Assembly: GCA_963707985.1 (NCBI GenBank)
Contig: CAVPRW010000001.1
Coordinates: 1-64,000 of the forward strand
DNA length: 64,000 nt
Source: an uncultured Nitrospinota bacterium
GTDB lineage: Bacteria > Tectomicrobia > Entotheonellia > J063 > CAVPRW01
Direction of reading: 5' to 3'
The position numbers were made by a program, and so were the translations under genes. Of this stretch, positions 58,101 to 64,000 are shown in pieces. Position 1 is the stretch's first letter, and every line of letters starts with the position of its first letter. The notes beneath the pieces are model-generated. The model ran no database searches. It saw only the letters and a list, made by a program, of their open reading frames with translations, and was not told the origin of the DNA.

Positions 58101-59017
58101 GGCCAGCTATCTTTCTGTTGCGCGACGGTGTTGCTCCGGCACACGTGCCATCCGTGCATGAAGAGCTCTTCGGGCCCATCGTCCATGTGATCCCCTACTC
58201 CACGCTGGCACAGGCTGTACAGTTCGCCAACGGCGTCCCCTATGCGCTCACGGCAGGTATCTTCGCGCAGAGCAGCGAGGACGTGGAGTTCTTGGCGCGT
58301 TACCTGGACGCTGGCAGCGTGTATATTAACCGTCCGATCACCGCCGCGCGGGTTGGCGTCGAGCCTTTCGGCGGCTTCAAACGCTCAGGGACCGGTCCCA
58401 AGGCGGGTAGTGAAGAGTACCTCCTAGCATTCGTCGACATCGCCCCAGGCGCTCCAGCGGTCGCGGCTGTGGTGGTGGAGAATCTCCGACGCGAGGCTCT
58501 CCGTGCCCTGGCGCCACGTCCCACCGTGGACATCCCCGGCCAGTTGAATCGGTTGGTGTATGATCGACCGCTGGGACATGGGCTGGTGCTGGCCGACACC
58601 CCAGCCTATTTCCGACAGGCGGCGGTTGTGGCTGCCCTCACCGCCGGGAATGCTGTCACCGCCGTGGTGCAGAACTCGGAAGAGGCCGAGACCCTGCGAG
58701 CCGTGGCACTGCATGGCACCACCCCAGGGTTGGATACGGAGCGGTTCCATGTTGTCGTGGGAACGGACGCTGAAGCCCTGGCCTCCATCTCGACCTTCGA
58801 TTTCGTCGCCGGGTCGACTGCCGGTCTGCGCGCCGCCGCTCATGCGTATGCCGAGCATCCCAAATGGGACCAACTGCCAGCCTTCATTGGGCCAGACAAT
58901 GGAGCCCCGCCCGATCTTCCGGCGGAGTTCATACGACGCTTCGTCCGGCCCCGGCTGATCGCCGAAAATACCCTCCGGCACGGCGCGCTGATTTCGACCG
59001 GCGGCAAGTGGGACTAA
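55142..59017 (+). CDS. putA: bifunctional proline dehydrogenase / P5C dehydrogenase
   Basis: SVKLSAL, DAE, VVQAYL, RLVKGAYWD, GSHN, YLVRRILEN; then PWNFP, FTGS, ETG.KN, AGQKCSA, EELFGP, PFGG.KRSG.G.KAG. Confidence 0.9.
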   Translation: MMATDSTKSMDLIGIVERELDVDGRRWSLIMADVLAPGLFDEAGAITAEAHRGIADYVRCVPPHQVARARLIIGDFHVLALVLPETRTCRLYTPGAAQEAFLLTLSDDAALQAHVDVLGQYPPTFTTIDQVTVTSHLVDLPSSSTPVGGHARAVWETKVYQEVEKLVRLTETYRPTPVERLQNWFLRVTTEHTPLLHQVLRFVAVLPSLRYDQSHREMVRALHENVRLLQRTLTVQLDRHRWRDRLLALVARVIALAAGTLPPRITVALVDRAVALIATRFILPDTPAEVSARLEDLTRLGRDASLDQLGELVLTQQEAERYADAVMRLIDLTATHSGSSVDWRTVNAAGIPRAQVSVKLSALSTHFNPIAPQATAEEMRQRLSRILQHAKRRGAFICFDAEHYAYRDLAVHIPALVLAATPELDDFHDFGFVVQAYLQDAVSFVEHVTTLARQRGHRIQVRLVKGAYWDAETTEAVAEDVPAPTFWNKAETDIHFQQLVLLILERSDALALAVGSHNLREHAFAETARTHLYPLAPVIEHQVLHRSAEGLARALARAGWVTRDYVPVGDLLPGIAYLVRRILENSSQVGILAQSREQLSAETIATDPARVLAEILTQGTYAWDPAVQATHGDFRPSSPVRLHAPAEREAFATALDSTKVHSPAFVTPADVPQMVQRAMQGAEAWGACPPEARATVLIRAAELMRAQRLALGALIVREGRKVWTEALADVDEAVDYLRFYARSAIHWHSVLGDRLQPVGIAAVIAPWNFPLAIPCGMTGAALAAGNAVLLKPAEQTPAIAAALTTLLHTAGIPPEALIFVPGDGQVGAALVADSRVDLIAFTGSWEVGAQIFYSSARVPTRRLRRVIAETGSKNPIVVTATADMDSAIEGILRSAFGHAGQKCSAGSRILVDIRLALSLAERFGQAAMGLRLGQAEDPATQLNPVITPSEAARLRAAAARAAAEVQATGGKVVVDATASVDSPDLVGPAIFLLRDGVAPAHVPSVHEELFGPIVHVIPYSTLAQAVQFANGVPYALTAGIFAQSSEDVEFLARYLDAGSVYINRPITAARVGVEPFGGFKRSGTGPKAGSEEYLLAFVDIAPGAPAVAAVVVENLRREALRALAPRPTVDIPGQLNRLVYDRPLGHGLVLADTPAYFRQAAVVAALTAGNAVTAVVQNSEEAETLRAVALHGTTPGLDTERFHVVVGTDAEALASISTFDFVAGSTAGLRAAAHAYAEHPKWDQLPAFIGPDNGAPPDLPAEFIRRFVRPRLIAENTLRHGALISTGGKWD

Positions 59018-59251
59018 CGCAGCAGCACTCACAACGTCTGGAGGCTATGTCAAGGGCTAACGACTTCCTGCCACATCCTCGCAAACGAACTCGCCGCTGC
59101 GCGCGATGGCCTGCAGCGCTTCTAGGAGGATAGATGCAGACCGATGCCACACCTGCGGCTGTTCTCCTAGGGCGCGGACCTTCTTGCACCCCAGCCGCTG
59201 GCCTGTGGCTGTCTCCTACGTGAGCTCCGTGGTCCACTGCACCGCGGCCTT

Positions 59252-59600
59252 CTACACATCGGGTGGCGTGCGACGCTCCGTCAACCCCAGCATGGTCTTC
59301 AGGGGAGTACTGCCGCCCTGAGAACGCGTACAGTCAACGTGGTAGCGCCGCAGCCCGATCGCCCCCACCAGCGTCTCCAGGGTGCGCTCCTGGGGACCAC
59401 GCGCCGATCGCGCCTGTCCACACCGGGGGCAGGCTGCCGTGCGCGGCTCCACCAAGCCCTCCGTGATCGCGTGGGTCAACTCCTGCCGCAAGGCAAAGAC
59501 CGCTTGGGTCAGCTCTTCCAAGGTGGGTGTGGGGGCTTTCACCTGCGCCTCCAGTCGATCCAACCAGAGTCGAGCACTTCGACAAGGAAGCCCGCAGAGT
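59252..59600 (-). pseudogene. ISKra4-like transposase N-terminal remnant
   Basis: ACPRCG...RTLETLVGAI.LRR.Y..C...G..PL...LGL. Confidence 0.6.
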
Positions 59601-59983
59601 CGCACTTGTCTGGGAAAATCTCGCCAAACTGGGTGAAGGCTTAAGCAGACCCTGAGCGCTCTTGAATGCCGCACTAGCCTATGAGTTGGCCGGATACCAG
59701 GCCAATGCTACGTATCTGGCGAGGGAGGTTTTACCTCGCTTAGATGCTGATCTTCAGCCGGACCTTTACTCGCTTGTCTCGAGTTTTCTGCAACGCAGGC
59801 TCCTCCTGACTTGGCGTCTCAGTGAGCAACTCCGCCGGTACCCTCCCGACGCTTCACAAGAGCTGGACGTTTTGGCGTTAAAGCTCGGAGAGATGGTCCT
59901 CGGCGATGCTTTGGCGAAGGCCTGCCGCTTCTTCTTGAATGGCTCGACGTCTTCATTCAAAGCGAGACTACGTCTCCTAAAGG

Positions 59984-61159
59984 TCAGGCCATGGTGTATT
60001 TGCGGAGGATCTTCTCATCCAGCTCGATTCCCAGCCCGGGCTTGTTCGGCGGGGCCGCCATATAACCGTCGGCAAAGATCTCGATCGGCTCTTTGACGAG
60101 ATCGTGCCGTAGAGGGTTGGGCTGGTCCTTAGACCAGTCGCTCTGCATATACTCGTAGGTCAAGAAGTGCGGTAGAGCCGCAGCAATGTGCAGTCCTACT
60201 GCCAAGGCGACAGCTGAACAGCTGCCGGTATGGGGGGCATAGGGAATGTGGAAGGCGCTGCTCATGGCGGCGATCTTGCGCGCCTCGCTCAGCCCGCCGG
60301 TGCGGCAGGCATTCGGTTGGACGATGTCGACCGCCCGGCGCACCAGGAGATCACGAAAATCGTAGCGTGTAAAGGATGCTTCGCCGGCAGCCACGGGGAT
60401 ATCCAAAGCGGCCGCCAACGCCTGATAGCCATCGACATGCTCAGGGCTGAGGGGCTCTTCATACCAGGCGATGTCGAGCGCTTCCAACTGCCGCCCCACG
60501 CGCAATGCCGTGCCCACATCAGCATGATACCCGCAGTTGACATCGACCATCAGAGTAATGCGATCTCCGACCTCTTTGCGGATGGCCTTCACCAGGCTCA
60601 GATCATCGGTTGGGTCGAAGGGATTCTGGCCAATCTTGATCTTCATCGCCCGGAAGCCACGCTCAACAAACGTCCTGGCCGTGTCGAGCGTGGTTTCGAG
60701 ACCGCGAAAGCGGAGTGATGAGGCATAGGCGGCGATGCGGTCGCGCTGCTTGCCGCCCAGCAGTTGATAGACCGGCACCCCATAGGCCTTACCGGTCACA
60801 TCCCACAGAGCGATGTCGATTCCACTGACGGCTTCGATAAAAAACCCGCGCGAGTGACCGCGATTCATCATGGTACCATACATGAGCTCCCAGAGCACTT
60901 CGGTTTCCCGCGGATCTTTGCCGCACAGTACTGGGGCAATCTCTTCCACGATCGCCTGCAGCGCCTTTGGGGCAAGCCGCGTCATGCACTCACCGATGCC
61001 GATCAGGCCTTCATCGGTGAACACCTGGACAATCGTGGCCCGGTAGCCGCCAAAGACGACGGATGCCAATTGATCGGCGTAGGGCAGGGCAATCGGCGCG
61101 CCAACGCTCTGTTCCAGGGGAACAAAGAGCGGAATGGCTCGGATCTCGGTAATTTTCAT
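59984..61159 (-). CDS. mandelate racemase / muconate lactonizing enzyme family protein
   Basis: SGIDIALWD..GK, KIKIG, MVDVN, WYEEP, AGE, VQPN, PGLG. Confidence 0.92.
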   Translation of the reverse strand: MKITEIRAIPLFVPLEQSVGAPIALPYADQLASVVFGGYRATIVQVFTDEGLIGIGECMTRLAPKALQAIVEEIAPVLCGKDPRETEVLWELMYGTMMNRGHSRGFFIEAVSGIDIALWDVTGKAYGVPVYQLLGGKQRDRIAAYASSLRFRGLETTLDTARTFVERGFRAMKIKIGQNPFDPTDDLSLVKAIRKEVGDRITLMVDVNCGYHADVGTALRVGRQLEALDIAWYEEPLSPEHVDGYQALAAALDIPVAAGEASFTRYDFRDLLVRRAVDIVQPNACRTGGLSEARKIAAMSSAFHIPYAPHTGSCSAVALAVGLHIAAALPHFLTYEYMQSDWSKDQPNPLRHDLVKEPIEIFADGYMAAPPNKPGLGIELDEKILRKYTMA

Positions 61160-61504
61160 CGTGACCTCCAATCGACAGGGCCTTCCTCCTGATTACCTAC
61201 TGGTACTTCACGCCATCGATCATGCGGGATCATAGCCGACAACGTTGCTCTGCCACAAGAGGCGACAGCCAAGGGTAACGGCAGAGGGCATCACAGCGGG
61301 CTCCGTCACTGTTTTGTGACGCCGGCTCTGAAACGATTTCCTCTCCCCAGCCCTCTCCCAGTGGGCGAGGGAGGAAAGCGAATCCTCATGTGACGGTGCA
61401 AACTGGTGATGTGTACGCGCCTCAGAAACCGTTATTGACATTCGATGGCGTGCTGACTACAGTGCGCGGAAAACGTAGGGAAGAATAAACGAAGGAGGGC
61501 AGCC

Positions 61505-63115
61505 GTGACGTACGACATCATCATCATCGGCGCAGGTTCAGCGGGGGCAGTGCTCGCCACCCGATTATCCGAGGACTCGAAGCAGTCCGTCCTCCTCCTA
61601 GAAGCGGGGCCGGACTACCCTCAATTTGAACATCTCCCGGAAGAGCTCAAGTTCGGCTTTGACACTGGTACAGGCACACCACCCCTGCGAACTCCGGCGG
61701 GCCATCCCATTTCGCTCTTGAGCAGCCCGCATAACTGGCAGTTCGTCGCTAGAGCCACCGCCAAGGCACCGCCGATGCCAGTGCCCAGGGGCAAGGTGAC
61801 GGGCGGGTCCAGCGCCATCAATACTTCCGCCTTCTACCGCGGCATCCCGGATGATTTCGACGCCTGGGCCTCTGGCGGCAACGATCAGTGGAGCTTCGAC
61901 AAAGTCCTTCCGTACTTCCGGCTGATCGAGACCGACGTTGACTACCATGACGAGTACCACGGAAGCGATGGCCCGATCTTCGTCCACCATGCCAATCGAG
62001 AGCAGTGGCACCCGACCCAATGGGCCTTCTACAATGCCTGTCGGGCCGCGGGCTTTCCCGAGTGTTTGGACCACAACCACCCCGACGCATCAGGTGTCGG
62101 GCCATCCATCTCGAATAATCACCACCGCGTGCGCCTCAGTACCGCCCTGGGCTACCTGTGCCAGTGCCGGCACCGCCTCAACCTGACGATCCGCCCCAAC
62201 TGTCTGGTCCACCGTATCGTGTTTGACGGCAATCGAGCAGTGGCGGTGGCGGCGAACAGCGGCGGTGAGATATTCACCATCCAAGGTGAGCACATCATCC
62301 TGAGCGCTGGTGCCGTGGGTTCCCCCCATCTCCTCATGCTCTCGGGCGTGGGGCCGGGCGAACAGCTCAGGGGCCATGGCATCCCAGTGGTACAGGATAT
62401 GCCCGGCGTGGGGCAGCACCTCAGGGACCATCCCAAGGTCTATCTCACGTGGGATATCAAAGACGGCTACCCGGTGGAGGAGCGGCCAGCCCGCGGTGGT
62501 GCAGTGTTGCGCTTCACCGCCCCAGGCTCGGATTGGCGCAACGATGTGAGCATCAATATGGGTACGTTTGTCACCGAACGTCTTCCATGGTCAGCTATTC
62601 AGGAGCTGGCCCAGGGCGAAAAGCGCCCAACCCACCGGCGGACTGAGATGATGGTCGCCCTGCTGTCCCCCGTGGGATCAGGTGAACTCAGGCTGACATC
62701 GCGCGATGCACACATCCAACCCTTTCTGGACTATAATTATTTGGCAGACCCCGTCGACCGGCAACGCTTGCGAGCCGGCGTGCGGCAAGCCCTCATCCTG
62801 GCGGGGGACGACCACCTGAAGGAGATCATCGGGCCGAGGCTCAACCCGACCGATGCCGACCTGGCCTCTGACGCCACGTTGGACGAATGGTTGCAGCGCG
62901 AGGTCACGACGTATTCGCACATCTCAGGTACGTGCAAGATGGGGCCAGATTCGGATGCCATGGCCGTGGTGGATCAAGCCGGCAAGGTCCATGGCTTGGA
63001 GGGGTTGCGCGTGGTCGACGCCTCGATCATGCCCACCCTGGTGCGGGCGCCGATCAATCCGACTGTGTTGATGATGGGCGAACGAATCGCTGCGCTTATG
63101 CGCCAGGGCGAGTAG
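61505..63115 (+). CDS. GMC-family oxidoreductase (choline dehydrogenase-like)
   Basis: GAGSAG, RGKVTGGSSAIN, LSAGAVGSP.LLMLSGVG, H.SGTCKMG, VVDASIMP. Confidence 0.93.
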   Translation: MTYDIIIIGAGSAGAVLATRLSEDSKQSVLLLEAGPDYPQFEHLPEELKFGFDTGTGTPPLRTPAGHPISLLSSPHNWQFVARATAKAPPMPVPRGKVTGGSSAINTSAFYRGIPDDFDAWASGGNDQWSFDKVLPYFRLIETDVDYHDEYHGSDGPIFVHHANREQWHPTQWAFYNACRAAGFPECLDHNHPDASGVGPSISNNHHRVRLSTALGYLCQCRHRLNLTIRPNCLVHRIVFDGNRAVAVAANSGGEIFTIQGEHIILSAGAVGSPHLLMLSGVGPGEQLRGHGIPVVQDMPGVGQHLRDHPKVYLTWDIKDGYPVEERPARGGAVLRFTAPGSDWRNDVSINMGTFVTERLPWSAIQELAQGEKRPTHRRTEMMVALLSPVGSGELRLTSRDAHIQPFLDYNYLADPVDRQRLRAGVRQALILAGDDHLKEIIGPRLNPTDADLASDATLDEWLQREVTTYSHISGTCKMGPDSDAMAVVDQAGKVHGLEGLRVVDASIMPTLVRAPINPTVLMMGERIAALMRQGE

Positions 63116-63245
63116 GATGCGGCCGCAGAATCGCGCCCGTCCAAACGATGCTACCCATCTCTGCTCCCACTAGAGTACAATAAGGCTCGTCTTGGTTGAT
63201 AAACCCGGTCAACGGTATACAAACTCGGTGACAGGAGGTGACGCG

Positions 63246-63743
63246 ATGTCCAGAGTGGCCTTGATCCAACACATCAATATCCAGGTCAGCAATCGCGAGC
63301 GCACCCGAAAGTGGTACGAAGAGGTGCTAGGGGCGGAGTTTTTGGACCGTGGTCCGGAACTCAACAAACGACAGCTGCAGTTGCGGATTGGCAGCGCCGA
63401 GATTCACACGACCGATACCGCAGACCCGGTGCGGGTGCCCTCAGTCCATTTCGCGGTGGAAATTCCTGACTGGGATGAGATGATCGCCAATCTAGATAAG
63501 CTAGGTGTGCCATATAGCACGAGGACGCGCAGCGAGCCCGCGGTAAGCGGCTCCAACTATGGACGACGCGAGTATAGCGGCGGTTACTCGACCTACATTC
63601 AGGATCCTGATGGCAACACGATCGAGCTCGTGCATCATCCGTTGGGGGTGGAGGACTCCCAGGGGAACAAGGTCGAGCTACCCCATGACCCCAAAAGCCT
63701 GAAATGGAGTTTGCGTCCCGGTTTCGGTCCTGCTGCTAGCTGA
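63246..63743 (+). CDS. VOC family protein
   Basis: QHINI, WYEEVLG, HFAVEI, YIQDPDGNTIEL; AGGAGG RBS. Confidence 0.85.
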   Translation: MSRVALIQHINIQVSNRERTRKWYEEVLGAEFLDRGPELNKRQLQLRIGSAEIHTTDTADPVRVPSVHFAVEIPDWDEMIANLDKLGVPYSTRTRSEPAVSGSNYGRREYSGGYSTYIQDPDGNTIELVHHPLGVEDSQGNKVELPHDPKSLKWSLRPGFGPAAS

Positions 63744-63818
63744 TGGCGACTATTAACGGCGGTGAGCCACGTGTCAGGAGTGTGTGGTTCACCGCGCTGA
63801 CACACTGGCCAGACACGG

Positions 63819-64000
63819 TCAATTGTCAGCCGCTGGAGTCTCGACTGATACACCATGCTCCTCAGTCGATACCTCGTCGTCCTGGCTCAGCCCATAGTTA
63901 AGCGCATACAAGCGCGCGTATAGGCCCTTGCGCTCTAGGAGCTCAGCGTGCTTGCCGATTTCCACCACGCGTCCATGCTGCAAGACGACGATGACGTCGG
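63819..64000 (-). CDS. ABC transporter ATP-binding protein, C-terminal end (partial)
   Basis: [31 protein letters not shown]...stop at 63819. Confidence 0.85.
   Translation of the reverse strand, partial: DVIVVLQHGRVVEIGKHAELLERKGLYARLYALNYGLSQDDEVSTEEHGVSVETPAADN

Overview
GC-rich bacterial window, apparently from an error-prone long-read assembly (many 1-nt frameshifts in otherwise intact genes). The main feature is a ~33 kb integron. It has an intI with a nonsense codon (21521-22513, - strand), an attI-like junction at ~22626, and 22 recognisable attC sites through 54786. Cassettes include six recognisable toxin-antitoxin pairs, several defence-like genes (TIR + TIR-TPR, EVE-nuclease, NucS-like, GIY-YIG, DUF2971) and enzymes. 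The most unusual element is an IS91-family HUH (Y2) transposase that occurs three times as a complete cassette, each with the same GTTGGAC...GTCCAAC boundaries, its own attC family and complementary ends. Three attC sites are split by three different group II introns, one of which contains a nested fourth intron. Left of intI are a small decayed attC cluster, IS1595 and IS1-like elements, a cas6 fused to a single CRISPR repeat, GDPD/PhoX, MarR/MBL-hydrolase and metabolic genes. Right of the array are putA and further metabolic genes. Decayed mobile DNA throughout the window appears to carry a strongly one-directional A:T->C:G transversion signature. All family assignments come from motif recognition by eye; no database searches were run.
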